Source: Basidiobolus meristosporus CBS 931.73 (Eukaryota > Fungi > Basidiobolomycota). Taken from it: a DNA stretch of 64,000 bases. How positions within the stretch are numbered: the first letter of the stretch is position 1; every line of letters begins with the position of its first letter. The stretch lies in NCBI GenBank assembly GCA_002104905.1, contig MCFE01000053.1, positions 1 through 64,000 of the forward strand. The letters are read 5' to 3'. The notes under the pieces are model-generated. The model was not told where the DNA came from. It saw only the letters and a program-made list of their open reading frames with translations, and did no database searches. Below, piece after piece: positions 11,155 to 24,267 of this stretch. The position numbers and the translations under genes were made by a program.

Positions 11155-13507
11155 AGTCTAGTGTAAATATGGGTTCATCGAAATGTGTGTGAATGTGTAG
11201 CAAGATTTGGGAATTTGGGTTGGCTTTTATACGATCCAGGACTGAATTGAATATATTTACAGAACGAGTTAAGGCACATCCACCCAGCCATCCTCCGGCT
11301 GTGTTACATGCTCTCCCCTCACCCTCAAACTCAATCAGTTCTAAAATAAGCCGATATAAAAAGCAACAGCATCCGCGCAGGATGATTGGTCGGAAGCAAT
11401 AATAACAAAAGAATTAAACTAAATTAGATTGCCATTCGCAGGCATTCACTGGCATTCACTGATTAGATACCAGCCATTCAACGAGCCATTCAACCAATTT
11501 TCAGATCCTTGTCCTCCTTAACCGGACAGGCATAGTCATGTATCGCTTCTATATGGGTCATAGAATACGAATCGATATCTAATGATATTCCATACGTGAA
11601 AGCCACCTAATCACACAAACCTCACCAAAACTGCCCACTTCGTTCCATGCACGAATCTGCAAGCGGATAATTATTTTCTACATTTGCGAAGCTTAGGGGT
11701 GGCCAAATCGAAAACGGAAGGCATCAGGTAAATCACAATGTAAAACGATCTCGATCCCGAGTCTCACCTGCCCAATAGGCTCCATGGATGAAACCAGAGG
11801 TGAGAGATGGGACTTTGGCTGAGTTTTGGCAAATGGAATCCCAGTGGGTGACTGGCCTAGAAGTCGTGGATATTCCACGAGGTCAGCCCTGGAAGATTTG
11901 GCGATGATATGAACTTTATTTATCGATGAATCATCACCAAACATCTCCATTAATTCTCACTCGCCAATTGATTAGAGTTTCAGCATGTATCCCCCTGATA
12001 CACGCGAGTTCTGGTGTGCGATGTTGTTATGCACCTTCCTAGTGAAAGGCCAAGCCCAACTCGTCAACCACCAAGTCGTATTTGGGTGGTGGCATCGCGA
12101 AAGGAATTCCCGAAATCATTGCGTTTAGTTTAATTGAATTCCTATTTCCTTAGGAAGGTGCATGATTGTCGTAGGCATTTCTGGAAATCCCGTTTCATCC
12201 TGATGTCAAACGTCCAGCAGATGTGGCATCTTGTATCATTTGCTAACCGTTTGATCACTTCCCTTTGTTCTCACTACCCTGTACGATCCGTTTGAAATGC
12301 TTGTCAATAAACATGCATCACGTTCAAGCAATATTTTATTCATGCTGAATACATGTTACACATGAACGAATCAGCTCACCATGTAGATTGCTCGATTCTC
12401 GGCCCTGCCCCCACACATTCATCATATGTTGGCACAGGTTTTTCTTTAGATGGGCTCGTGTGACCACTTTAGCTTAATGTAGCCATGTACCATGTAAAGC
12501 TCCCATTCACAAAGATCCCACAAGCATCTATATGGCCCCTTACACAATGCTTAAACTTGGGCCAATGTATGGCATGCTGCATACGTACTAATTCCATCAT
12601 TGACTTATATGAGGTAGCGCCGTATCTAGACATTTAGGAACAGAATCATGCCCTGAATTCTGCTAATCATCGCCACCACCCACTCATAGGATGCATAGAG
12701 GAAACAGGAGAGTGTTTAATGAGAGTGAGGCACTTATTGCATAATGGAATACGGGCGATGATGTGGGCGACGAGGCATCCTCAATAAACGATGTGATGAA
12801 GGATGACGGTTGTTGGGCTTTCGGGAGAGAATGCTCAATCGTTAGCACCTTGTCATGTCGGATATCAACATCATGGCCACATCTTTGATCGACTTTTACT
12901 ACAGCACCCGTAACTATAGTGGCTGAATAAACCCGCTGTTCTTTATGTATGAGTAGCGGAAGTAGAAATCCCCTGCAAGAGTGTCGCTAATATTCCCCTG
13001 TTTAGAGGGAAGCTTCTATGTTAGCTATCGAGGAGTTAAAGATACCACCGTTTTACCGGAAACGGGTTCAACATGGCGTCTCCGCACTCGATGTTCAGCT
13101 CTCTCACCCACAACAAGGCTCTCTTATCATCAGCGCTACCTGTCAACTCTTGGTGTTTTCACCTTAACAATCCAGTATCATGTCCTTATGTTTGCTTTGA
13201 ACTCAGATTGATGGAGAATCAACCCGCATTGCCTCCAACTCGTACCAGAGGGCAACATTGACTGAGTGTTCAACAATGTTTGCCACCTTGGATACGGTTA
13301 AATAGAGCACAATGAAGTATTCTCATTGCTTCGCTAGTAAACAATTTTCACTCAACCCTTGCCTATACAATCAACCCAATTTATACGTCAATTTGGTCGG
13401 ATTCACACATCAGACACAATAAAATAGGGCAAATCCATAGGAAATTCGCTTTTCATTTGACAATATTATGAGGCCAAAAAGCCGTCAAGGTTGTTAAATA
13501 CATGGGG

Positions 13508-15523
13508 TTAATATTTGTTGATTTTGATGGTGATCTCCTCGCCATTGGATTTTTGGTTGTAGCTCTGATGAGAGGCCTCAGAGGCATTGTAGCTGTAGGT
13601 TCTGCTTTGTTGCTGTTGTCCATAATTGTGACTATACTGGCTAGCATTGCTATTGAAACTTTGTGCGCAGTGGTTGTTGCTGCTGTTGTGGTTTTGGGTA
13701 TTGCTATTGCTGCTGCTAGCATAACGGCTTTCATTACTGCTGATGCTTTGGGCATCGCTACTGTTGCAGCTGTTAGCATATTGCTTCTCTAACTTTTGGG
13801 AGTCGCAGGAGTTTGAGTAAACAGATTGCCCATAGGAATGGCTGCTGCTAGTGTAAGCTTTCTGCTGATGACGTTGCTCGTTAGTGCTCACCTTTTGCGA
13901 ATAGTTTTGTCCAAATTGCGCTTCAGTAGCACCTGCACCCATAGCGGTGGTTGAAGAAATTCCTCCCGAGACGAGATTAATCAATCCATCATAATAATGG
14001 GCACCTGACCACTTTTGATGTTGAAGAGTATCCACGCTGTAGTTGCGCTCCTTGCGCTGGATGCCTTCAACGTAAGCCAACATTCCTCTGGAGGCAAAGT
14101 CACGTGAAAACAGGTCAATGCTCAATGCATCACAATGAAATCCAGCAACAGTGATAAACTGCCAACAGTAGCCACTACGACCCAGATCCCAAATGAATGA
14201 GCCAATCTCACTGTCCGACATTCCACAGGCGTCCCAATTGAAGGATGGTGAGAGGTTGTAGGCAAGCTTGGCATGAGGATACTTCTTATGAACTCCTTCA
14301 GCGAATTGCTTAGCCTCATGCAAGAGAGGTCTTGAAGTTTCCATCCACAAAAGATCGGAATAAGGCGAGTACGCAATTGCACGGGCAACACTACTCTTTA
14401 TGCCACCCAAGTACCTGTAGAAACCTTCGGCGGTACGAGGCTTCTCCCAATCAAACTCAATCTCGAAGCCAAGGGATTTGGCCAAGCGACGAGCATCGGT
14501 GTTGGAAAGGTTTTCCACTCCGCAATACCATTTAGTCAAGATCTTTTCCTTTTCGGCGTGGCAAGACTTCTGGATGGCCATTGCCACAGCTTCAATGTAA
14601 GTCTGAATGTTGGCATCTTCCAACCATTGAGCTTCCATGCGGTTGATTTCGATAGGGTTCATACCGGCAACTCGACACTCCTCCAACACCTCAGCCAATG
14701 GACGAAGATGCTTGCAAGTGGTACCAAGAATGAATGGATGGTCACGTTTGTCAATGGTACTGGTGATATAAGAAGCTGCCTCGGCATCGGTTCTCGAGAT
14801 AATTAGATTCTCGACTCCCATGATATCAAACTGGGCTCGGACAGCAACCAAACGGTTGATATGTTCCGAAACTGGAACCAGCACTTTCCCAGCCATATGG
14901 CCACATTTCTTAGTTCCAGGAGCCTGATCCTCCAGGTGGATACCTGCTGCTCCACGTTCCACAAACATCTTCGCCAGCTTCATGACCGCGGTGATTCCGC
15001 CATGACCCGCATCGGCGTCCGCGATGATTGGACGGAGATAGTCATACTCCTGGGTAGTGGCCCTTAACTTGGCATCCATGTTGATTCGATCCTCACGCTG
15101 CTTTCTATCGTGGAATTGTTGGGCAAGGAATAGCTGATGCACTTTGTTTGGAACAGTGTCCATTGGGTAGTCAGCAAGGTCTGGCCCGGGCTCGTTGGAG
15201 GTAGAAGCAGTGGAGGAGCTTTGCCATCCAGAGACATATACTGTCTCTAGGTATTTGGACATACAGGTCACCTGAACAGGATCCAGAGAGCCAAAGGTAT
15301 GGGATGCGGTGCCATTCTGGAAGTGCTGGTTCACAATCTTCCAAAGTTTTTTGGCCATGGTGTTCGAGGGATATTGGATGTTCAAGGTTCCCCGCTTGGA
15401 AACAATGGATTCAGCAGTGTACGGACGAGTGACATGGGTGAAGCGGGAGTTTCTCCACCAAGCACGCACCTGTTCGCACTCATCAGTGAAAAGCCCGGTT
15501 TCGTCGAAGTTACGAGTATGCAT
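13508..15523 (-). CDS. ICL1: Isocitrate lyase with 134-aa Q/N/S/Y-rich C-terminal extension
   Basis: Catalytic KKCGHM; [19 protein letters not shown]; QFITVAG (ICL-type F/T rather than methylisocitrate-lyase type). Single ORF. Confidence 0.96.
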   Translation of the reverse strand: MHTRNFDETGLFTDECEQVRAWWRNSRFTHVTRPYTAESIVSKRGTLNIQYPSNTMAKKLWKIVNQHFQNGTASHTFGSLDPVQVTCMSKYLETVYVSGWQSSSTASTSNEPGPDLADYPMDTVPNKVHQLFLAQQFHDRKQREDRINMDAKLRATTQEYDYLRPIIADADAGHGGITAVMKLAKMFVERGAAGIHLEDQAPGTKKCGHMAGKVLVPVSEHINRLVAVRAQFDIMGVENLIISRTDAEAASYITSTIDKRDHPFILGTTCKHLRPLAEVLEECRVAGMNPIEINRMEAQWLEDANIQTYIEAVAMAIQKSCHAEKEKILTKWYCGVENLSNTDARRLAKSLGFEIEFDWEKPRTAEGFYRYLGGIKSSVARAIAYSPYSDLLWMETSRPLLHEAKQFAEGVHKKYPHAKLAYNLSPSFNWDACGMSDSEIGSFIWDLGRSGYCWQFITVAGFHCDALSIDLFSRDFASRGMLAYVEGIQRKERNYSVDTLQHQKWSGAHYYDGLINLVSGGISSTTAMGAGATEAQFGQNYSQKVSTNEQRHQQKAYTSSSHSYGQSVYSNSCDSQKLEKQYANSCNSSDAQSISSNESRYASSSNSNTQNHNSSNNHCAQSFNSNASQYSHNYGQQQQSRTYSYNASEASHQSYNQKSNGEEITIKINKY

Positions 15524-16195
15524 GGTTTCTTACGGCACTCCACTGGCACTGTTATCTCAGAAGGAAAGTAAGGCAGAATAACTGTCTCCTGTACTGAGCC
15601 GATGCTGGCTTATTTATACTCTGAGATGAGAAGTTCATCCCGATAGTATACGTAAATGGCGCCTATAGAGTTACATTAGAAAATAAGGGACATCAGACCA
15701 TCATTAATGCATCCCCAAGGCATCCGGATTGGGCTGAGAAGAAAGATTTGACTTAATACGGTCGAGCACACTGGCGAATCCTAGTGGTGGTATTATGGAC
15801 TAGTGGACTAAGCCATCCACCATCCCCTTGGAAACCGGAGTGGATCGAGATCAATACTGTGAAACAGAGATCCAGTTTTCGAAGCCACCTACCAGACACG
15901 TGATCCATTGTTAAGGTGCTGATGTGCTGATGTGGCAAGTACAGATATGATATTTTCCTAACGGCTCAAGAGCATTTAAGCAGCTGAGGAACACGTCGAA
16001 ACCCTCCTGGAGCAGCATCCTCCATCATTTCGAATTATCACCTCATCGGACCCCTTTCAAGCGATCAACAGATATAAAGTGGGAATGACTCAGTCTGTGT
16101 TCTACACGATAATGGGAATAGCTGAACAATTTATGATCATTTGAATGCATTGTATACAGTGATAACAGTGATAAAGTAGATATCTCTATTGCAAA

Positions 16196-16897
16196 TTAAG
16201 AAGGGACCAGGAAGCCAACAAAACATTGGTCCAACAGGATATCAGTGCTAACCCACGAATGGACATTCACTATGAATATCCACGATATTAGTGAAATCTC
16301 GAGAATGACAAGAACCAGCACAATGAACACTTACTAAATAACTTTGTGGCATCTCTACCGGCCGCTCGCATCAGTTCCTTTTTCCCTACAATGGTCGGTT
16401 GTTGAGTTATCGGTATTTGGAGACACTTCTGTAACACCTACCTCCAGGATGAAAGTTTAGATATGCTGTCAAGTTGTACACCTTTCCTTGAATAGCGCAC
16501 CAGGCATCGGTCTCGCTTTTGTGTTTCTTTAGGTCTTCTAGTGTGTATTTTCCAATGCAAGGAACCCCCTATTCCAATCATCATCAGTACGCCATTATTG
16601 AAAAATCCCGATGGAATATTACTGTACTCTCAAGTCGGCACCCGAGTTTTTAAGTTTGGCCCAGTCCAAGGGTGAATGGCCTGGTTCCAGTGCAACTTTC
16701 ACACGTCTGGGTTTCTTTTTGGTCTGTAATGGAGCTACCATCTGGGGCCCATTGGGAAGGGGGAATATGGATGTATCCTTATCCTCTGCTTAACCGCAAT
16801 CAGTCGAGCGAACAGTAAGGCTTGGCGTATCAAAGTTACCTTCTTGTGTAGACAACGAAAACTTAATGCTAGGGGCAGCAAACTCCGAGGAATCCAT
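16196..16897 (-). CDS. IRC21/CYB5R4-N-like cytochrome b5 heme-binding domain protein (5 exons; absent from ORF track)
   Basis: Hand splicing through four GT-AG introns gives MDSSEF...KVALEPGHSPLDWAKLKNSGADLR|GVPCIGKYTLEDLKKH...AWCAIQGKVYNLTAYLNFHPG|GKKELMRAAGRDATKLF|MNVHSWVSTDILLDQCFVGFLVPS*. HPGG and the second heme His are present. Confidence 0.9.
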
Positions 16898-17328
16898 AAC
16901 TTCACCAACTCACTTCTGTAATACTATCTCTGGAAGTCCCAGCAACCAATATATAGAGGGGTATTCCAATTTATTACTAATCTTCCAGCCCTCCTTACAC
17001 AATGGAAGAGTCACATGAGCCAGGTCGATGTAATTTCTTGATTAGAACAGTAAACCAATCTACGTGACTTCGAACTTGGTCTTAGGAAAAAAAGAAAAAA
17101 ATTCCAAATTGGCGATCGGTCGAAATCTTTTTTTTTCAAATCGGACTTGTGGATTTCGTGCCAAGTGGTTAAAGACAAGAGTAACTGGGTAGTTCCGATT
17201 TGGAGTATCTTTCGAGGTTCCTTATACCTAACAACCTTCCTTTACGAACTTGACTGGAATATCTCCTCCCCATTCAGTACCTTATATCACCGCATAGTTC
17301 ATTTCTGTTTCTCTGATAATATAATAAG

Positions 17329-19901
17329 ATGGCTGCCGACTTTGTTATGACCATTGATGAGGAGGACGTCGTTCCTCTATTGGACGAAGAGGAGACAATG
17401 GAGACACAAGAAGTAACCCAATTCGTTCAGTACTTGCTTCCTGAAATAGATAAATAACCCATTCTGTGGTGAATATTAGACAACTAAAAAGAAGAATTAC
17501 AAGAAGAAACAAAAGAAAGATGAAGATGCCATTAACCCAGGATTCAGATTCGATTTGGCTGGTGATTCGGTCAACAGCATCATACATACCCTGGATTTTA
17601 CCGCTGCTAAAGCGGCTCTCAAAAAGAGAGACCACGTATGTCGCCTAGCTTCTCGATACTTCCTCTCTTCGTTCTCCAACTAACATATTTTCTCCATACA
17701 GACCGCTAGTTACACGAGTCTAGATGAAAAAATCGCAAACAAGCGTCTTCAAATGAAGAGCAAAAAGAAATCTGCAGAGGAAGCTGAGCCAGAAGGTAAC
17801 CGATATTACGATGATAGAAATAGCCCATCAGATATTAATATGTATTGGCTAAACCCAGATTCCGAAGACGATGGCTTGGATGCTGATAGTTCTTTCTTCA
17901 TGGATGAAGATGACGATGAAGAGGAGGAGGATGTGCAGGAAGAGGACGAGGAGGAGGTAGAAATGGACGAAGAGGAAGATGCCGAAGAAAGCAACGATGA
18001 TGAGGAAGATAGCGAGGAAGAGGAGGAGGAAGAGGAGATCGAAGAAGAGGAGGCTGATGACAGTGAAAGTGAAGACGAATATGAGAAGAGAGTAAGCCAG
18101 AACTATATAGCCTACACAAAGACGGACCTGAATGCTTAACACATTTTGATTAGCGTAAGGCAGCATACTTTGCCGCTCCTGAAGAGACCACAAGTGATGT
18201 GCCCGAATCCTTTGCCGGCATGAATCTATCGAGACCCATCATGAAGGGTCTCAGCAACATCGGGTTTGTCAAGCCCACACCCATCCAGGCAAAGACCATT
18301 CCAATTGCTTTGCTTGGCAAGGATATTTGTGGTGGTGCAGTTACTGGCTCAGGTTAGCAATCCAAGCAAGATCCTCCAATTGAAGGCCGACTAACTTGAA
18401 TTTAGGTAAAACCGGTGCTTTCATCGTCCCTATCCTCGAGCGTCTTCTCTACCGTCCTCGCCAAAATGCCGCCATTCGTGTGCTTATCCTCTGCCCTACT
18501 CGTGAGTTGGCCATCCAGTGTCACAGTGTTGGTACCAAACTCGCACAGTTCACCGATATCGATTTCTGCTTGTGCATTGGTGGGCTTTCGCTCAAAGTCC
18601 AAGAGATGGCCCTCAAGCAGCGCCCTGACGTTGTCATTGCCACTCCAGGTCGTTTGATTGATCACATCCACAACTCCCCCTCCTTTACCTTGGATCAGAT
18701 TGAAATTCTTATTATGGACGAAGCTGACAGAATGCTGGAAGATGGTTTCACAGCCGAATTGACTGAGATCGTCAAAAACTGTCCCAAGTCCAGACAGACC
18801 ATGCTCTTTTCCGCCACCATGACCGACAACGTCGATGAATTGATTAGATTGTCGCTCAACAAGCCAGTCAGATTGATGATTGATTCGCCCAAATCCACAG
18901 CCGATAACTTGATCCAAGAGTTTGTCAGAGTTAGACAGCATCGTGAGGCTGATCGCTCGGCCATGCTTGCATCTCTTTGTAAGAAATACTTCAAAAAGAA
19001 GTGCATCATCTTCTTCAGAAGCAAGGCTTCCGCTCATCAGATGAAGATCATTTTCGGTTTGCTCGGCCTCAGAGCAGCTGAGCTTCACGGTAACTTGACC
19101 CAGGAGCAACGTCTCGAGGCTTTGGAGCAATTCCGTGATGAGAAAGTAGATTACCTTCTGGCTACGGACTTGGCGTCCCGTGGTCTCGATATCAAAGGAA
19201 TCGAGACCGTCATCAATTTCAACATGCCTACCAGCTTTGCGCAATACCAGCATCGTGTTGGTCGTACTGCTCGTGCCGGGCGTAGCGGTAGATCGGTGAC
19301 TCTTGTTGGCGAGGCGGATCGTAAAATGCTTCGCTTGGCTATCAAGCACTCGTCCAAAGAGAAAATCAAGAACCGCGTGTTGGGTCAAGAGTTGGTTCAG
19401 AAGTACAAGGAGAAGATCGACGGCTTGACCGAACAGGTGAAGGAGATCATGAAGGAAGAGAAGGACGAGAAGATGTTCCGCCAAGCGGAAATGGAAGTCA
19501 CCAAAGCTCAAAACCTCATTGATCATGAGAAGGAGATTTACAGCCGCCCAGCAAGAACATGGTTCCAGTCGGAAAAGGAGCGTCAGAAGTCGAAGGATGT
19601 CGCTCTTGCTTCACATAATGCCAAATTCGAGCCCAAGAAGGTTCCCAACAGCAAGAAGAGACGTATGAAGTCTTCCGAAGACGTTCAGGTTGAAAATCAG
19701 CAAAAGAGATCGATCAGGGCAGCCAAGAAGGCGCTGCAACCCAAGAAGATCAACACTGTGATTGAGCGCAACGCCTCTGCAGCAGGCCCAGCAAAGAAGA
19801 AGCAGAAGAAGAACAGATCCTTTGCATCGGACTTGGCTGATGGCAGCAAGCGTAACGCTGGACCCAAACTCACCAGCAAGAACAAGAAAGGAAGAAAATG
19901 A
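17329..19901 (+). CDS. DRS1: DEAD-box rRNA helicase DRS1/DDX27 (multi-exon)
   Basis: MAADFVMTI start, D/E-rich N-terminus, Q motif PTPIQ, GSGKT across an intron, [33 protein letters not shown]. Confidence 0.93.
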
Positions 19902-20028
19902 ACGCTTGCGCATTAATCATTAATTCGAATCACCCACTTCCCATCCACTGTTTCTTTTACTTTTCTTAGATAGTGTTATATAGACTTGATACATAATTAT
20001 TAAAAATCAGGACATGATTCAAACATGG

Positions 20029-20926
20029 TTATACAGCAGTGTGATGGCTCCGGGTTAAGCCCTTAACAACCGTATTAGTATGACTGCTCTGTTGTGCCTC
20101 TGAAGCGAACTCTAACCTCTCCAACGCTTCCATTGCAATCAAGACGTCGTGCTTATTGCTGCTCACGATGTTCCCGTTGGCCATCATTTCATTCAGGATC
20201 ATATGGACCTTATCCAATTGGATCACTATGTAACCTGGTGTCAAGGAGGTGAAATATGCACGCTTGTTGAAAGGAAGAGGAAGAGTAAGGGCAAGGGCAG
20301 GAAAAAAGATATATCAAGTTCACGCTGGTTTTTCAAAGGCAAATCGCGTAAACATCAGTGGTCTTGTCGAAGTGAAATCCCCAGTGAACTCACCACTTTG
20401 TCAAAGTAGACATTCAAGATTTCTGTTGGACAGCAGGGCTCAGAAGTTGAATGCAGGGAGGAGATAAAGCAGAGGACCACATACCCACCCAGTTCTGCAC
20501 GAACTCTATCACCTCGAACTCGTTCTAAACGAAGCTAGTCAATATCAGCTGTCTTTCCGCAAAATACCAGGAATCGTAACCACATCTTCAGGCGATATCC
20601 CCAGGATGAAGAAAAGTCCAGCATATCTTCGATAGACTGCAGCAACATTTAGTTGGGCCACCGCGCACTCTGCATTTTACAACATCCTTTTACCAAATTT
20701 GTATTGTTCGTGAAATATGATGGAGCACTAGGGCGTAGATACTATCAGCAATTTGCTCCATAAGGAACGGTGAAGTACTAACTTGACTCTCAGTCCTTGG
20801 TATGATCTTTCGTGCCAACTCAGCCTCAAAAATCGACCGCTGCAAAGGTGACACCCCAATATCAGTGAAGTACTTGGAGAAGCGAGTCCTTCCTTGCTTG
20901 TTGATAATGAGTATAAAGTGTATCAT
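20029..20926 (-). CDS. AP4S1: Adaptor complex small (sigma) subunit, most like AP-4 sigma (multi-exon)
   Basis: MIHFILIINKQGRTRFSKYF...VYRRYAGLFFILG...NEFEVIEFVQN...LDKVHMILNEM. The NKQG and YRxYA pattern resembles AP-4 sigma more than AP-1/2/3 from memory; subtype needs a tree. Confidence 0.7.
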
Positions 20927-21467
20927 TCTGCGATAAATCCTTGGAAAGCAGCATGACCGTCCATTGATCCATAAATGATCAAGATTGGTGCTTAATCAAG
21001 CATAATTAGGTTTTGGTATACATTAGACCATACACGTGAGACGTCATTCCACTGGGTGTCAAATGGCCGTGATTGGAGCAGTGGTTGAATGTTGGGGCAG
21101 GGAATTCTGGGGTGAATAATCCATTCGGCTGGCATTGAGCTCGTTGGGCCCCACAGATTTGCCACACTGAATGTTGCTTAGTACCACGGTTAGCAAGGCA
21201 AGTAAATTCGGCTATGGCGGCGGCATTGGTCAAACATGAGATTTCGCCAAACGGGATAATATTCCAAAGTCGACAATTGAGAGGATAAGTTGGAAAATCA
21301 TCCTAATTCCGCGGGCACGAAGTTGGGGTTTCATTTCCAGGACATTCAATGATTCCTACCATACCCGAAAAAAAATTGGGAGGGGGAATGTGCTATCAAA
21401 TACTCTACCCCAACTTTCTTCCTCTTTAGACTCTGACACTTGGCTTGTTGTTTTGTACCGCATCGTC

Positions 21468-22402
21468 ATGGTTTCTGCTCTTTCGTCCAGACTTGCTTCG
21501 GCTCTTGCCAACCGCACCCCTATCACAGCTCCTTACGCTACTGCTGCCTTCAAGCAGCTCATTAACGCTACCTCCAGCAAGGGCAGTGATCACGTTTCTC
21601 CATCAAGCGAAATTGGCTCCAGCACCACCCGTCGCTCCGATGGTCAAACTTTCTCCAAAACTCCCATCACTGGTAAGTCCTTAGAATGACCCCACAGCCC
21701 ACAAAGAGTTCCGATTGAAACGGATATGCCTGCTTTGATAATTTCGAAAACCGCGGTTCAACTCAGCCTTCTAAATCCCGACTTTTCTTTCCTGTAGCTC
21801 GTTTGAGATTTGGTCAGCAACAACGCATGTCGTCCACATACTCCCGTAACTCCACCGTCATCCCTGACTTCTCTGCCTACAAGAAGGAGAACTCTGGCGA
21901 AGACGCTGGCCGTGCCTTCTCCTACTTCATGGTTGGCACCACCGGACTTGCCACCGCCGTTACCGCCAAGGCTACCGTATACGATTTCCTCACCAATCTT
22001 AGTGCCTCAGCCGATGTCTTGGCTTTGGCCAAGGTTGAGGTTGACTTGAGCAACATCCCTGAGGGTAAGAACGTTGTCGTCAAGTGGCGTGGAAAGCCTG
22101 TGTTCATTCGCCACAGAACCCCCGATGAGATCGCTGAGGCCAACTCCGTTAGCATCTCCGAGCTTAGAGATCCCCAAAACGACGCCGACCGTGTCAAGCA
22201 ACCCGAATGGATGATCATGTTGGGTATCTGCACTCACCTGGGATGTGTACCTATCGGTGAAGCTGGTGACTACGGAGGTTGGTACTGCCCCTGCCACGGT
22301 TCTCACTACGACATCTCCGGTCGTATCAGAAAGGGACCCGCCCCCCTTAACCTTGAGATCCCCGAATACACAATCGAAGGGGACAGCCTCGTCATTGGTT
22401 AA
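21468..22402 (+). CDS. RIP1: Rieske iron-sulfur subunit of cytochrome bc1 (intron 21673-21797)
   Basis: Presequence-like N-terminus; CTHLGC and CPCHGSHY [2Fe-2S] boxes; WRGKPVFIRHR; GPAPLNL. Confidence 0.97.
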
Positions 22403-22779
22403 AGCATGGATTTCCCATTCTCCATTAAACCTCACTCGCAAAATTCATCAATATCTTGACGCACCTTTTGTTAGACCCAACTCTCCACCTATCCTTGTAT
22501 TAGGGAGTTTATATCACTGAATCTTAATACATGCTAACTGTAAGAATTGGTTATTTAACACTTATCCCATCTCAATAAACCCCACTTCCATTAAAGTCCT
22601 ACTGCACACACGCCACATGTACATGTTTCCGCTCGGCCACCATTCGGTGCTGCGTTACAGGTGATAAGCATGTCTTTATTGGTGTCTTGATATATGGCGG
22701 GAGGTTTAGATGGCAATGCGAGTTACATATGTGAGTTTGCGTAGATGGGGTTTATTCAAGTGCGAATGATAGTTGAGCT

Positions 22780-23220
22780 TCAAGCGATGATGATGTTGGG
22801 GGCGATGTAGCGCTTTGTATGGTACACAGACTTTCCTACTTCCCAGCCGGGGACGTCCTTCATGATTGCCGCTTCACGCTCCAGGGCGGCGTTCTGGCGA
22901 CGATAGGCGTCACGATCGTACTCGGCTTGAAGCATGGGAAGCAGGTGTAGGCGGGACCAGATTTTCTCCCGTTTCAGCTCTCTGTAGTGGTGGTTGGTTG
23001 GGAGAGGTTAGTTGAATAGGGGGATAGAGGGGCAGGAAAACAGGCCCACGTACCTTCTCTCCTTGATCCCTTCAAAAACTTGGTAAAAACTGACGCCAGT
23101 GATCACGGCCAAACCTCCGAAGAGGGCCAACCCGGAGGGGCCCTTCTTGGGAATGTGTCGCTTGTATCTAATGGCGGCATAACCACCTTGGGGTGGGAGC
23201 TCTTGTCTGTATGTAGACAT
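22780..23220 (-). CDS. NDUFA13: Complex I accessory subunit NDUFA13/GRIM-19 (2 exons)
   Basis: MSTYRQELPPQGGY...GPSG...|RELKREKIWSRLHLLPMLQAEYDR...MKDVPGWEVGKSVYH. Confidence 0.93.
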
Positions 23221-23886
23221 GACTACGGGTTAGATAGTTGCGAATACGGGGGTTCGTAACCGAGGGGTATTCGTAAACAGCCGAACAAGCGCCCCGCTGC
23301 CAGGAGCTATGTTTCTTGAGGCACCCACGGGCTTCCACGTGATCCGTTCGCTCCCACTACCCCGCAGACCGAGCAAAAAACGATTACCCCCGCAGTAGAT
23401 TCGCTTCCCCTTTTCCCCAAATTGTTCCATTTCAAGATCACCTTCCAGCACCTCCAAACCCGCCGAACCAATTGACTAACTAAACGACTAAAGTTAGTCA
23501 AGAACTGTCAATCCCCGACGTGGATTCGGAATCAGCCTGATTCGTGGTCGAGCCAAAGAGGCGATATTCAAGTTCGATGATGGAACCTCACCTGTCCACC
23601 CGATTGTGATCCATTCAATATGACCATAATCCACCGCCCGCCCGCCGAAAAGGCAAAATTTTCCTTGATTTTTCGAAGGTCGCTTAGGGTTCAGCCATTG
23701 GTGAAGTAACTGGGTTAAAGCGGGATAAGCACCCAATAACCGCAAGGTTTGGATAAACCGATGAAAATTTTACTTAGCTCGACCCCAGTAACCTTCCGAG
23801 GTCACCTGATCCCGGAGGGTTCAAATACCAATTTTCTCCTGAGTAAAGGTAAGTTGCTCACTCCCTCTCAAGCATAATCACACACC

Positions 23887-24267
23887 ATGAACGCTCTTGC
23901 TGGCCTCACTAGAACTGCCTTCCCCGCCTTGAACCTTGTTCGCGCCTACGGTACCAAGACCTGCTACGTTGGCAACATCCCCTGGGGAACCAGCGAGGAA
24001 CAAATCCAAGACCTCTTCACCGAGTTCGGTCAGGTCGAGAGAGTCCGTCTTCCTCTTGACGACGCTGGTCGCATCAAGGGCTTCGGTTTCGTCGAGTTGG
24101 ATGAGGAGGCTGCTGCCAAGGCCATCGACTCCTTGAACGGATTCAGCTTCAACGGCCGTGACCTCCGTGTCAACGAGGCTCAAGAGCGTGCCCCCAGAAA
24201 CCGCACCTTCAACAACGGCCGTAGCTTCGGTGACCGCCCTAACTTCAACCGCAACCGTGATTTCTAA
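23887..24267 (+). CDS. Small single-RRM RNA-binding protein, probably mitochondrial
   Basis: Presequence-like MNALAGLTRTAFPALNLVRAY; RNP2 CYVGNI; RNP1 KGFGFVEL; GRDLRVNEA. Divergent from NDUFA13. Confidence 0.88.
   Translation: MNALAGLTRTAFPALNLVRAYGTKTCYVGNIPWGTSEEQIQDLFTEFGQVERVRLPLDDAGRIKGFGFVELDEEAAAKAIDSLNGFSFNGRDLRVNEAQERAPRNRTFNNGRSFGDRPNFNRNRDF

Noticed and set aside
11693-13261. Short ORFs between the cyclin and ICL genes
   Set aside because: No recognisable domains or convincing splice chains; treated as intergenic.
13450-13510. Cryptic peroxisomal signal for ICL by readthrough or frame change
   Set aside because: Neither readthrough of the TAA nor the shifted frame ending HNIVK gives a PTS1-like tripeptide.
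23778-23830. Possible tRNA (GGTTCAAATACC B-box-like sequence)
   Set aside because: No cloverleaf or proper A box can be built; it lies in the NDUFA13/RRM promoter.
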